This document shows, in pieces, positions 13,101-27,235 of a stretch of 64,000 nucleotides of DNA. The notes under the pieces are model-generated. The model was given only the letters and a program-made list of their open reading frames with translations, was not told where the DNA came from and did no database searches. The stretch is from the NCBI GenBank assembly GCA_010909165.1, contig VJWM01000063.1, positions 1,612,001 to 1,676,000 of the forward strand, in the 5' to 3' direction. Position numbers and translations under genes: made by a program. Each line of letters starts with the position of its first letter. The first letter of the stretch is position 1. Source of the stretch: Anthoceros angustus (taxonomy: Eukaryota; Plantae; Anthocerotophyta).

Positions 13101-13689
13101 AGGGATGAGACCCGATGGTGTCACTTTTTTGGCTCTCCTCTCTGCTTGTAGTCACGTGTGCAGGGTGGATGAAGGCCTGGAGTATTTTGAAAGCATGAGT
13201 AGAGATTACGGCATCAGTGCCCAGTTAGAACACTACGGTTGTGTGATCGATCTGGTTGGCCGAGCAGGCCTGTTTTACAAGGCAGAAGATTTGCTTCTGA
13301 GAATGCCAGTTGAACCTGACCTTGCTGTATGGTTAAGCTTGCTTGGTGCGTGTCAGAAACATGGCAATGCTGTGTTGGGAAGGCGAGCCTTCGACCGCGC
13401 CATAGAAATGAATCCCCAAGAAGCTGCAGCATATGTTCTCATGTTGAACATCTACGCTGATGCCGGAATGTGGAACAGCGTGAAAGAGATAGACGAGCTA
13501 AGGCAGAGAGCGGAGGCATGGAAGAAGAGTCCGGGCCAAAGCTGGATCGAGCATAACCATGAGGTGCACAAATTTATAGTGGGAGACCGCAGGCACGAGC
13601 AGGGAGTACGGCTTTTGGAATTTCTGAACCAGTTAAGTTGGGAGCTGACGGAGGCAGGGGATCTCGTGACGTTTAACAACAAAGAATGA
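10114..13689 (+). CDS. PLS-class PPR protein, E/E+ type (PG box, no DYW), with long-L motifs
   Basis: The 1122-aa ORF has an in-frame stop at 10300 and no early ATG. Exon 10114-10217 plus GT-AG intron 10218-10328 supplies a phase-matched start. Eight S-type repeats (e.g. MYAKCGS...AQxVFD), then E1/E2 and KKSPGQSWIE...HKFIVGDRRH. Confidence 0.92.
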
Positions 13690-13789
13690 AGGGGACAACA
13701 AGCCAGCAAACCAGTTTCTTGATGGAATTCAGTGCGCTTGTACAAACTCAAATGCATCCCCACATTTCAAAAGGCTACCAACTTCAGGA

Positions 13790-15992
<2,203 letters not shown>

Positions 15993-16038
15993 AGACATAC
16001 TTTGAAACCTTACAGTGCCTCCCACATTACATCAATTC

Positions 16039-19000
16039 TCAGCTTCCTACTGGACGAGAGACTCGCACTTGGGACACTTCGAACACCGTCAATTGGCCGG
16101 GGTTTTCTTCAATATAGACAACGATTTCTTTTTGGTGGCTAAATGAATATTCAAGTCGCCTTTGTTTTTCATTTGTGTAAATTCCTTGGTTTTCACTTTC
16201 CGACGACGCCTGCGTCCGTAGCATTGGTGGACTCCTCGGATGCTTCTCGTCCCCAACCAAAAAACTGTGCACCAGGCCGTCCTCGTCTGTCCACCAGCTC
16301 TGACCTGGCTGCTTCCGTGCCCTCATTCTTCTCCTCATCGCCTGCAACTCCTGTGCCTGCTCCCACATCTGGGCACCGGTGTATATGTTGGACATCAACA
16401 AATATGCTGCAGCATCTGTGTTGTCTAGCTTCAATGCTTCGTTGAAAGCATGGCAACCCACCTCCACGTTGCTCCACTTTCGGCAACCAGCCATCAGCGT
16501 GTGCCAAACTGAAGAAGTAGGGGGCACAGGCATTGATTTTACCAACGCTAGTGCCTGATCCAGTTGTCCTGCACGCCCCAGGAGATCTACCATGCATGTG
16601 TAGTGGTCCTCCGTGGGTGTGATGCCGTAGAGTCCGCTCATATTGTCGAAGTACTCCCATCCCTTCTTCACTTGACCCGTATGAGTGCATACAGTTAGTA
16701 CGCTAAGTAATGTAACGCTGTCTGGTTGTACGCCGTCTTCTTTCATTCTCTGGAGCAAGTCGAAGACCAGGTCACTTTGTCCTTGACAGGTGTAGCCGGC
16801 AATGAGTGCACTCCAGGCCACGAGATTCCTTTCGGGCAACGAATCAAACACCTTCTGTGCTTCAACCATGCTCCCGGACTTTCCATACATGTTAATCAAA
16901 CTGCCAGCAACAAACACATCGGATTGAAACCCGAGTTCTACAATCTGTGCATGTAGCTGCCTTCCCAGATACAGAGCTGCCACATCCGCACATGCCTGGA
17001 GCAGGCACACAAATGCCATTGAATCGGGTACAATGATGCCCTCTTCTAGCATAGCACTAAAAACATGAAGGGCTTCCTGCCCCATGCCCTGCTGGGAATA
17101 GCCTGCTATCAGGGCAGTCCATGTCACCACATCTTTCTGACCAAGTCCATCAAACAGCCTCTGAGCATTTTCCAAGCTACCACTCTTTACGTACATGTTT
17201 ACCAAACTGTTGGCTATATATACATCAGCTTGTAGGCCCTGTTCTCTAATCTGCTTATGGAGCTGCTTCCCCTTCTCCAACGCCAGGGCACCCACACTTG
17301 CACATGCCTGCAAGAGGCACACAAATGTCACGGAATCGGGTACAGCCATGTCTTCGTCTTGCATAGCACTGTATAGGTGAAGGGCTTCGTGCCCCATGCC
17401 ATGCTGGGAATACCCTGCTATCATGGCAGTCCACAACCCCACATCCTTGTGACCAAACCCGTCAAACACTCTCTCCGCATCTTCCAAGCTGCCACACTTT
17501 GCATACATGTTCACCAAACTGCTGGCTACAAACCTATCAGATTGACGTCCTTGCTCTCTAATTTGTGCATGCAGCTGCTTCCCCATCTCCAAAGCCAAAG
17601 TGCCCACACTTGCACATGCCTGAAGGACACACACAAATGTCACCGAATCGGGTACAGTGCGGCCTTCATCTTGCATAACCCTATAAAGGCGCATGGCTTC
17701 CTGCCCCATACCCTGTTGGGCATACCCTGCTATTAGGGCATTCCACGCCACCACATCCTTTTGCCCAAGTCCGTCAAACACTCTGTGAGCATCTTCAAAG
17801 CTGCCACATTTTGAGTACATATTCACCAAACTGTTGGCTACAAACACATCAACCTCATGACCTCCTTCTCTAATTTCCGCATGAAGTTGCTTCCCCTTCT
17901 CCAAAGCTGGCCTGCCTAAACTAGCACACGCCAGCAGGAGGCCCAGAAAAGTCACCGAATCGGGTACAGCCTTGCCCTCCTCCTGCATAGCAGTGTAGAG
18001 ACGAAGCGCTTCCTGCCCCATTCCCTGCTGGGAATACCCTGCTATCATGGCATTCCACAAAACCACACCTTTCTCACCCAGTCCATCAAACACTCTCCGA
18101 GCATCTTCCAAACTACCACACTTCGCATACATGTTCACCAATCCGCTGGCCAAAAACACATCATCCTGATATCCTCGTTCTCTAATCTCCTCATGAAACT
18201 GCCTCCCCTTCTCCAAACCCGGGCCGCCCACACTGCCGCAAGCCTGAAGCAGGGACACAAACGTCACGGAATTCGGCACAGCCATGCCTTCAGCTTCCAT
18301 AACACCGTACAGACGAAGCGCCTCCTGCCCCATACCCTGCTGAGCATACCCTGCAATCAGAGCAGTCCATGTCACCACATCCTTCTCACCAAGTCCGTCA
18401 AACACTCTCCGAGCATCTTCCAAGCTGCCGCACTTGGCATACATGTTCACCAAACTGCTGCCCACAAACACATGACCCTCATGTCCTCCGTCCCTAATCC
18501 GCAAATGCAGCTCCCTCCCCTTCTCCAAACCCCCAGTCCCCAAACTCGCACACGCCTGCAAAAGGCACACAAATGTGACAGCATCCGGTGCCACCACGCC
18601 CTCCTCCTCCATGCACCCATAAATCCAAAGAGCTCCTTCCCCCATTCCCTGCCGCACATACCCTCCAATCAAGGCATTCCACGTCACCACATCCCTCCGC
18701 CCCGCACCAAGCCCCTCGAAGACAGTCCGAGCGTCCTCCAGTCTGCTGCACTTCACATACATGTCCACCAACCCATTCCAAACCACCAGCTCCTGCTCCA
18801 ATTCCACTCCCCCCGCCACCACATCCGCATGCACCTCCTTCCCCGCCTCCAAATCCCCCCCCCTTGCGCAAGCCTGCAATGCTGCCGCATACACATGACC
18901 GTCCGGCTTCACTCCCGACCTCCGCATCCGACGATACAGCCGCACGGCTTGCCTGTCTTCCCCGTGCTTAACATGAGCAGAGATTATGGCAGACCACGTG

Positions 19001-19359
19001 AAGGCGTCCGGCCTCGCCACCACCTCAAACAAATCCATGGCATCCTCCAACCTCCCATGAGAAGCATACATCCGCAGAAGGTGATTGCACAGGAACGTAT
19101 CCGACTCGCACCCCTTCCTCACCATCAAGGCATGCACCCGCCGACCCAGAACCAGAACCAGATCCAGATTCCGGTCCCCGGCCCTCTTCGCTCCGCATTT
19201 CTTCACGATCGAACAAAGCACAGACGTGGAAATGCCACGATCCAGCTGCACCAAAACTCCCAAGGCCTCCACAGCCTCGGCGACGCGGCCATCTAGACAC
19301 AGCCGACTCACGGTCTCGTCCGTTACGCAAGCTGGCGTTCTTGCGAGCATGATCGTCAC
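16039..19359 (-). CDS. PLS-class PPR protein, E+ type with WW-type PG box, DYW truncated
   Basis: 1106-aa ORF with eight PLS triplets, E1/E2 and ARKQPGQSWWTDEDGLVHSFLVGDEKHP, followed by an unrecognisable tail. True start uncertain (in-frame ATG 19350 or an upstream exon). Confidence 0.92.
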   Translation of the reverse strand: MTIMLARTPACVTDETVSRLCLDGRVAEAVEALGVLVQLDRGISTSVLCSIVKKCGAKRAGDRNLDLVLVLGRRVHALMVRKGCESDTFLCNHLLRMYASHGRLEDAMDLFEVVARPDAFTWSAIISAHVKHGEDRQAVRLYRRMRRSGVKPDGHVYAAALQACARGGDLEAGKEVHADVVAGGVELEQELVVWNGLVDMYVKCSRLEDARTVFEGLGAGRRDVVTWNALIGGYVRQGMGEGALWIYGCMEEEGVVAPDAVTFVCLLQACASLGTGGLEKGRELHLRIRDGGHEGHVFVGSSLVNMYAKCGSLEDARRVFDGLGEKDVVTWTALIAGYAQQGMGQEALRLYGVMEAEGMAVPNSVTFVSLLQACGSVGGPGLEKGRQFHEEIRERGYQDDVFLASGLVNMYAKCGSLEDARRVFDGLGEKGVVLWNAMIAGYSQQGMGQEALRLYTAMQEEGKAVPDSVTFLGLLLACASLGRPALEKGKQLHAEIREGGHEVDVFVANSLVNMYSKCGSFEDAHRVFDGLGQKDVVAWNALIAGYAQQGMGQEAMRLYRVMQDEGRTVPDSVTFVCVLQACASVGTLALEMGKQLHAQIREQGRQSDRFVASSLVNMYAKCGSLEDAERVFDGFGHKDVGLWTAMIAGYSQHGMGHEALHLYSAMQDEDMAVPDSVTFVCLLQACASVGALALEKGKQLHKQIREQGLQADVYIANSLVNMYVKSGSLENAQRLFDGLGQKDVVTWTALIAGYSQQGMGQEALHVFSAMLEEGIIVPDSMAFVCLLQACADVAALYLGRQLHAQIVELGFQSDVFVAGSLINMYGKSGSMVEAQKVFDSLPERNLVAWSALIAGYTCQGQSDLVFDLLQRMKEDGVQPDSVTLLSVLTVCTHTGQVKKGWEYFDNMSGLYGITPTEDHYTCMVDLLGRAGQLDQALALVKSMPVPPTSSVWHTLMAGCRKWSNVEVGCHAFNEALKLDNTDAAAYLLMSNIYTGAQMWEQAQELQAMRRRMRARKQPGQSWWTDEDGLVHSFLVGDEKHPRSPPMLRTQASSESENQGIYTNEKQRRLEYSFSHQKEIVVYIEENPGQLTVFEVSQVRVSRPVGS

Positions 19360-19913
19360 TCCCCGCTCCCTTGAGCGCCAGCGCTGTAAGTTCCTTGTTC
19401 AATCCATTCGACACACGAGAAAAGCTAGAAACGAAGAGAGCCGAAATTGTTCCTTGCCTTCTTCCATTGTTTCCTGCCGGGACCAAATGCTCTTGTTGTT
19501 GGTCCAGCAGGAGACAATTCCCCCCTTACCTACGTCGCTGCAGTGACTGGGTGCAAACTTGCCGGAACCACATGCTATTGTTGTTGTGTACACAATTCTG
19601 CACAGAGACATCTGTCTGTCTCAGACAGGTTAGTCGACCTTGTCTGCAGAGAGCAGCAGATGCTCGAACAACCACTCAGATTCCTCAAGCTGGAGCTGAA
19701 GAGAAGAATGTTTTACAAATGCAGCAAACACCAGCTACGTAGAACAAAATTTGGAGTCCTCTGCCTACGCATATCCAGTTAAAGCTTTCTTGTATCTTTG
19801 CTACCTAGGCAGGGGACATTCAGGCAGAGGACATGGGTTGGGATTGCCTGACATCTTATTGCAAGAAACAGAGGGCTGGATGGAAGTTCAGCAGCAATTA
19901 CTAGGGACAAGAA

Positions 19914-21509
19914 TCAACGGGAGGGAGTGGGCTTTTCACGGACTAAGCCGAGCTGAGAGTCATAGTCATCGCTGTGCCGTGCCCACTGCTTTCTCAGCTT
20001 CTTCTCGTTCTCGATCTCCTCCACTGTCTTTGCGTTCTCTCGGGCATGATCTTCTGCCAATTTGGAATAATTGTCGGCTGACTTCTCGATGAAAGCACGC
20101 TCCTCGCCAGTGAGCTTTCTCAGAAACTTGGCCGGGTTTCCTGCCCAGATCTGATAGGTTTTTTTTTCCAGATCAGAACACATGAGGATGACAACGTAGG
20201 AAACACAGACATGTCGGTGAAGAAAGAAGTCAGATAGTACCTGTCCAGAGGGAATCCGGGTGTTTTGAGTGACGAGAGAACCTGCAGCAACCATGGCCCC
20301 TTTCTCTACAACGACACCATCAAGAAGGGTTGCTCCCATTCCGACAAATGATTCGTCCTCCACAGTGCATGCATGGAGGACTGCATTATGACCTGCAGGA
20401 GGGTCAAGTTGAGCCAGACCAGGTCACAAAGATCGCACTTTCATCAAAACCACACATCAACAATCTGCACAACGAATCACACTTCTACTCTTACCGACAG
20501 TGACTTTGCTGCCGATGATGGTTGGAGCAACATTCCCGCTCACGTTTGTCTTAGCTACGTGAACTAGTGTGTTGTCCTGGATGTTAGTCTCTGACCCGAT
20601 TGTGATGTGGTTCACATCTCCTGAAAAAGTCACCCATGGCACAAGCAGCTTTTACTGGCATGATACACTCGATGATGCCACAAGCGCATATCAAAACTTT
20701 AGATTTGCTACAATTTCCTCAAGCGGACGAAAACAAATTGTCTTGAAATTCCGGCACACTTTAGGGTGTACACAAGAACCTCCAACGTGGTAAAGGGATT
20801 TTGCACCAAGTTCAAGGATAGCCACCACACGTAAAACTTGTAGAATACCAGGACAGGGGAGCAGTATGACCAACAACAGGGAGCAAACCCGTACCTCTCA
20901 CGACACAGCCATACCAGATGGATGACCTCTTTCCAATTGTAACGTCTCCAATCACAGTGGCACTGGGGGCAACGAAGGCATCGTTGGCAAGGGCAGGCTT
21001 CTTGTCCCAGATGTTCATTAGCGTCCTCTGCCTATTCACTGCAACACAAATGTCCATCATCCACCACAATGAGGAACAGAATCCTGTGCCTACAGTTAGG
21101 GCTACAGTATGGAGAAGCTGCAAAACAGCCTCCTCTCACATCTACCAGCTGAAGCCACTTAGATATCCAACCGAACTCAACAGCCTAGGTCAAAATCAAG
21201 CACCAGCACTGCAACCACCAAATGCAAGCTCCCATGCCGCTCAGCTAACTCAGAACACACACCAGACCAGGATGTTCAATTCATCATCTCCACACCACGA
21301 CATTGCCGAAATTAGCAAAAGGGCCAGTCCTCCACTCCTCAGCTAAGCATCTCACATCCCGACCTCAGCAAGCGGGGGCAGACCACGGCCCGCACAAACC
21401 TACATTGCTCTTTGAAGGCGTAGTTTCCCTGCAGCCGGCAGCCAAGGCGATCCAGCGCCTGGCCCGTCTCCCGGATCCACATCCCCATCATGTACACGGC
21501 CTTGGCCAT
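19914..21509 (-). CDS. GAMMA-CA: Mitochondrial complex I gamma carbonic anhydrase subunit
   Basis: MAKAVYMMGMWIRETGQALDRLGCRLQG, AFVAPSATVIGDV, IWYGCVVRG/DVNHITIGSETNIQDNTLVHVAK, HGCTVEDESFVGMGATLLDG and WAGNPAKFLRKL, spread over several GT-AG exons. Confidence 0.95.
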
Positions 21510-21821
21510 GACGGCTGGTCACGCCTCCTTGCGTACAGCAATTCACAGCATTACAAGACCTGCGACAGATCTACGGGCACCGCACCTGTCTCGTGCCTGC
21601 TGCCCGCCACAACCAATGCTTCCCACGGGTCACCAATTGTTGGAATCGCAGTCTGAGCACCGCAGTCGCAGGGCACAAGGCCGACTGAAATGGAGACCAG
21701 CTGCTTAAGTTAAGCCTGGGTTAACGTCACCGCGGTCAGGGATTAGTGAAACCCGAGGCATCGGTGGCCGTGCTTACACCCAGCGAAGTGGAACCCGTCA
21801 TTCCATTCTCTGCGTTGCGAC

Positions 21822-23065
21822 ATGAGCGGGCCCAAGGCGATCCTTGCAGTGCGCGCGTTGCAGAAGCAGCGGGCGCGGCTGCTCTACCGGCGCGGTCTCA
21901 AGAATGTTCTTGACTGGGCCGTGAGCAAGGACATCTTCTATCCTCAGGTAATGCGTCACTGTGAGCTGGCATGACAAATGTTTGTAGGATCTCCGGTTTG
22001 CTTTAGAATCTGTGGAAGCTGCGGCTGAACATGTCACAGATTCTGAGCTGCCAAAGTCCACCTGTGCCTGCCCCTTGTACAGAGGGTGATTGCAAGGTAG
22101 TCTCAAGAGGAATCCGGCTGCAGCTCGATTCTATGGCAATTGTGATGATCAGCCGGTGCTCAGCGTGTGCTCCTGCTGCTACTAGGGCCTCTTAGCGTTT
22201 AGGTTGGAGTCATTGGCTGGCGCTGATGCAAGATTCAGGGACTGATTGTTTGATTTGCACGGTAGTCTTTGGTGGAATTGGGATGCAGCTCGAGCAGTTC
22301 CGATGGCCCCATGTCCGGAGCTCAGCGGGTCCTGAGCCGGTCCTGCAGGCATTGCTAGGGCCTCTTAGCGTTTAGGTTAGAGTCCGTGGCATAGGTACCT
22401 TCTTAGCGGCTAATTCTTCTCCTTCTCTGCAGGCTGCTAAGTTGAGGAACGAATTTGAGGAGAATAAGGATCTGGTATGACCTCGTGATTCTCTCTCTCT
22501 CTCATTCCAAAAATTACGGATAGGTCAGATCTTGTCTATGCAAACATTTTATAAGTCTAGCGGCGGAGCTTGGCAACTCATCATCCACCAAGGCAGGAGA
22601 GTACCCTTGGATGCTTTGCGTCTGGCAGGTTTTAGGTTTTGTTTGCTCTCTTGTCCATCAAGGCCTAATCTAGGGTCCTGTTTGTCAAGCAGGATGACGT
22701 TTCGAGGATAGAGCATGTGTTGCTAAAGGGGGAAGCACGGCTGCAGAGATATGGACATCCCGACCCCTACTTAAGTGATGGACACCCACTGCCTATTTGC
22801 GATTTTTTGCTCTCATCTCAACTCATTACCTATTGATTGATGGAAGACTCACGCTCTTCTGAATTGATGCAGTTCCTTGGGGACCGGGTGGTTCAAAATA
22901 TGTCCGGAATCCACCTGTTCCTCCAGAGGTGAAATGACGAATCCCGTCCTTCGGTTCGCAACTAGTTTTCACAGCAAATGAGGCTACATGGATGAACTGA
23001 AGCACAAATCGTATGTTTTGCAGATAGAGGTTATCATGGACTATGGAAGGGGGGAGGATTACTAG
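21822..23065 (+). CDS. NDUFB9: Complex I subunit B22/NDUFB9 (LYR family)
   Basis: Not in the ORF track because exons are short: 21822-21947, 22433-22474, ~22693-22774, ~22872-22928 and 23024-23065. Splices to ...RARLLYRRGLKNVLDWAV...HPDPYL.PWGPGGSKYVRNPPVPPEIEVIMDYGRGEDY*. Confidence 0.92.
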
Positions 23066-23303
23066 GTAGGCATGGTTTTGCTCGTTTACAAGGACTCCAA
23101 GCCTCGGTGAAGCGTGCAATATCTGCTGAGCACTTTTGCATTCGATGTCCGTATGGTGTGTATTGAAGTGAGAAACTTAAATGAATTCAAATTCGCCACA
23201 GGTTAAGGCCCTTGACACGAGGATATGAGACCCTGTAGTTGGGCACATCACATTCGAATTGAAACGTTGTAATTTAGAACTTTAGGAGATGCGTAAGCAT
23301 CCA

Positions 23304-25131
23304 TCACATCAGCCCCAAAGACCTCAGTTGTTGGACATGCTCAGCAGCAAGTGCAGGAGGAGCCCAATCGGGACCTAGAATTTCTCCGTCCAGATCTTCC
23401 ACAACATACTCCTGCAATTCCATTCGGAAAGCACGTATGATCCTCAGGCATAGGAATATAGAACAAAAAGGCATTCCACAGCTGATGGACAGGCTACGAG
23501 TGACGGACCTTTGTGAGCATTCTCTTGGCAAGAATGTGATAATGGCGTTGCCATATCCTCTGACCAACCATCGTGGCAACAAGCACGCTATAGAAAATGC
23601 CGACGATGGTGAATAATGCAAGTGCCACAACTGCTGCTATGAGAATAACTGGAGCCCCTGCTTCCCCAGCTCCCCCCAGGCAAGTTCCGCACTCACCAGC
23701 CGCTCCTGCACAGCCTTCAAAGCAGGCGGCACAGTCTGTCCACATGCATAAGGTTCCTGGTAAATGGCAGTCTGCGCACACCCTGCCAAACAGAGAACAG
23801 GGTCATGTCACCAACGAAATCCTTGAGAAAAAACCAAAGTTGAACGGCCAAAACCGGAGTCCAAGTACAAACTGAGCATACCCAGGATGACAACAGCAAA
23901 GACACAAATCCCTGCAGGGTTGCGCAAGATCGTTCCGCACTCGACGATCATAGCATGTAAAAAAACAGCCTGAGAGACCAAAGACAGCAAAAAAGAGTAG
24001 AGCTCCTGCATGAACCGCATCATCAAAACAAAGTTAGGCTAAACCACTTGGAGATGCACTTAACACAGCGACCCGCTTACCAGGGACCACTTGGACGATG
24101 CATGACAGAGCAACCACCATCAAAGATACCATCTAAACTACAGCGGAATCCTATCCCCAGAGTGAAGCATACCACAGATGTAGTAAAACTTGAACACGCT
24201 GTTATCGTAGTGCCATGCTAGTCTTAACCGATCATTCCAGTGATGGTCCCCAAGATATACAAGATACCCCAGCGAGATGGTCACCTGGTGGGGCACCAAA
24301 CTTCTTAGAACGGAAAGGTTAGTAACACACTTCGCTTATGCTTGGCAAGCATTTTTGGATAGTTGGATGACGCACCATCTGAACCAAGGCAAAAATCAGA
24401 ATGATATCCCGTGTTACAAAAAACCGGAACTTCAGAGTTCTCCATTTTCTGTCTGCTGGAACTTGAACTCTCAGATAATAAGGCGCTTTACAGGTTGTAC
24501 AATTAGCGAACGCAAAACCTTCCTGTACAGTAGAGAAACCATGTGCGTCACTCACACTTCGATGTGGAAGCAAGGTATGCAGAAGCCTACGTCTCCACCC
24601 AATAGGTGACTACACTAGCCACACTAAACTGCAACACCAGATGGTTATTCCTTGAACACAAATGCAAGCAGCGTCGACAAGATGAAGCACCTACCTTCAC
24701 AGCTCGCCAATGGTCCAGGCACACCCGATGGACATACTTTGAAGAGCCCTTGCACTTGCAAGGAGCAATGAAATCCCTCCCTGGAAATTCCCCATCTCAG
24801 TCATCGCAAGTCGGGAACCCCAACGCTTCTGACCTAACATGCACTCCATGCAGGTGCAGACTAGCATCAAAACAGATCCTACCTACCAGCAAAGCATGCC
24901 GAGCCTATCTTCTCCTCCGCTGCCCTAATTCATCCAAGACAGCCTCATTAAACCCTTACCATCGGATTCGAGGCAAATCCTGCATTGAGGCTGCTCTCCT
25001 GGCCCCGACTCCAAATCCACATCGTCTCTGCTCATGGTTATCAGAGCGCTTGCTTCGCTCACGCGATCAGATGCATTTGCGAAGGACGAGCAAGACACCT
25101 CCGCTGCAGGAGGGCCTAGTTGGATCTCCAT
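23304..25131 (-). CDS. RING-CH (C4HC3, MARCH-like) E3 ubiquitin ligase with transmembrane segments
   Basis: CRICLESDG/RDFIAPCKCKGSSKYVHRVCLDHWRAVK/EGFAFANCTTCKAPY...RKWRTLKFRFFVTRDI, later Cys-rich CADCHLPGTLCMW and C-terminal EYVVEDLDG...QQLRSLGLM. Confidence 0.92.
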
Positions 25132-25802
25132 GGCAGGAGAAAGCCTTCAAACGTAGAACGCAGCTGGACACCAGAATATACGCGTCTCACACACTGAGTT
25201 GCGGCTTGATCATGGAGAAGGGGGAGGCTGGACTGAGGGACACAGGCAGCTCAACCAACCCAAAAAAAAAAAACCCCTCTCCCCCGCCCGTGTGCCTGAC
25301 CCCCTATCCAGCCACCCGCTCCACACCAAACAGATCCCGCTCAGCTTAGACCAGAATTGGCAAGCTCAAGCGCCTCTGATTTGCAGCAGACTTACATGCG
25401 GTATCGACAGAAACGGGTGGTGAACAACAGTGCATCCAGCGGGCTGCTCGTGTTTGGATTATTATTGCTTCAGTTTGTTTGCGGACGAGGTCCTTAACAA
25501 TGTCGAAACTACCTCAATCCGCCGTGGTTTATAAAACGATTTTGTTGCATGACCGCCCAATAGACAGCCAGCTCCGCACTTGCGCGCACTACCAGGTTCC
25601 AGGTGCTTGGCTTGGCAATGGCACCACGAGTCAAACAGACTAGGTACAGATGGGAACAGTATCATAACCGGTTCACGATCTCAGATCTATGGCGATCCCT
25701 ACTGCGTGGAATCCAAAGTCTATCTCAAATGTGGATGGGATCTCAGGTTGTCACCTTGTGCATATTTACAATTGCCGTACAATGCAGAATATTGTATGCA
25801 GT

Positions 25803-27092
25803 CTAATAGCCTTGATGTTTCTCTTGCGGCAAAGCGTCCACTTGCTTCAGGCCCGGGGCCCAGCCCTTGCCCTTCTCCCACCAGTTGGCGAGCGGATCGA
25901 CGCCGCCTTCGGGGCCTTTGATGTCCTTGCGCTGCTCCCGCTTCTGCTTGAGCGAGAAATGGTAACGGTTCTCCAGGCCTGCGGAAAGCAGGCATGCAAG
26001 CAGGTGATGAGATGAGGTCTTGGAGGGAGAAGGAGAGTGGTGACAGCAACCTACTTTCAGCGAGCTTTGGGTCGAGCTGGCCATCGCCGGTGAGCGACAT
26101 CATGAGTTGCGGCGGGCCGAGCGGAAGCGTGTCCCCGCGGTCGAACTGCCAAAAGTGGTACACCTTGCCGTATGTAGACGCCACGGGGGCGACGGCGGCG
26201 CGCTCCGCCACCTCGGGTAGGCCCGGCAGAATAAGCACCCCGCTCTTCACCTCGTAGTCGTGCGAGTGCCACAGCTTCTTCTCCTCGTCAGGGAGTCCCT
26301 GGAACAGACGGTTCGAAATAATGTACTCCACCCCGATCAGCCGCGCGTTCTTCTCCGGGCTGTCGTAGATGACGCACTGCCGCATCTCCTCATTCAGGTG
26401 TCCACAGAAGTGGTGCGCCTCAACCTGCCGCCGCATGTCGTATCCGTAGAAGTGGAACCTGCCAATCGACATGGCGTCGATTCACAATTTGTCCAATCTT
26501 CAGATTGCAAACAGATGTGGAAGACACAAATCCACATGGACGCATTCACAATTGGACAAGTCTTCAAGCTCACAATCTTCAAACTCTCTGCATTGTAGAT
26601 ATGAACGCATGGAACGTTCACAATTTGACAAATTCACAGCTTGGTTCACGGCGAGTGCAACTGACCTACAAGGAAGCAAAAATTCTGGACAGAATAATTC
26701 ACAAATTTACAAGAAGCAACTTCACATGCATCCGGTCACAATGTCACAACGCATGCAGACCTGCAAGAAGCAAGCTCACACGGACCTGTCCACCGTTGGA
26801 CACATCCACGAAATCTCAACGCATGCAGTCTGATCCGAAAGCCGGGACAAGTCTCAGAGTCTGTAGGGGATCCGGAGGAGCTCAAATTCATGACACAGTA
26901 GTCAAGCTCAATTGCAGCTTCCAGATTATAGACATACGCGCAAAGGTGCTCGTGGATCTTCTTCAACGGAGTGAACTTGTGCAACATTCCCGCCCCCGCC
27001 TCCACCATCTTGCTGGTGGTCCGCGTGGGATCCCCCGGAATATCGCGCGTGGTGGAAATCGGACCTTCCCCTACCGCAGAAGGCGCAGCCAT
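25803..27092 (-). CDS. OBAP: Oil body-associated protein (DUF1264)
   Basis: Exons 27092-26938, 26458-26055 and 25978-25803. [35 protein letters not shown]...[21 protein letters not shown] and [27 protein letters not shown]. Confidence 0.93.
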
Positions 27093-27235
27093 AACGTCCG
27101 ATTAGCCAAAAACCTGCGCCAATTCCTCCTCAATCCCCTTCAATCCAACCTCCCGTCCCGCAGGATGCAAATCTCCGCAGAAGAAACCTCGGACAAACCC
27201 TGGCGACCTTGGAAAAGTGGCAGGAGATGTCCCCC

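Noticed and set aside
13520-13689. Possible DYW:KP (U-to-C editing) domains on the PPR genes
   Set aside because: All three have PG-type boxes (SPGQSWI, QPGQSWW) and no HxE/CxxC deaminase signature in their tails.
18193-19296. 367-aa plus-strand ORF and other long ORFs antisense to the PPR genes (e.g. 38730-39584)
   Set aside because: Shadow frames of repetitive PPR coding sequence with no independent motifs.
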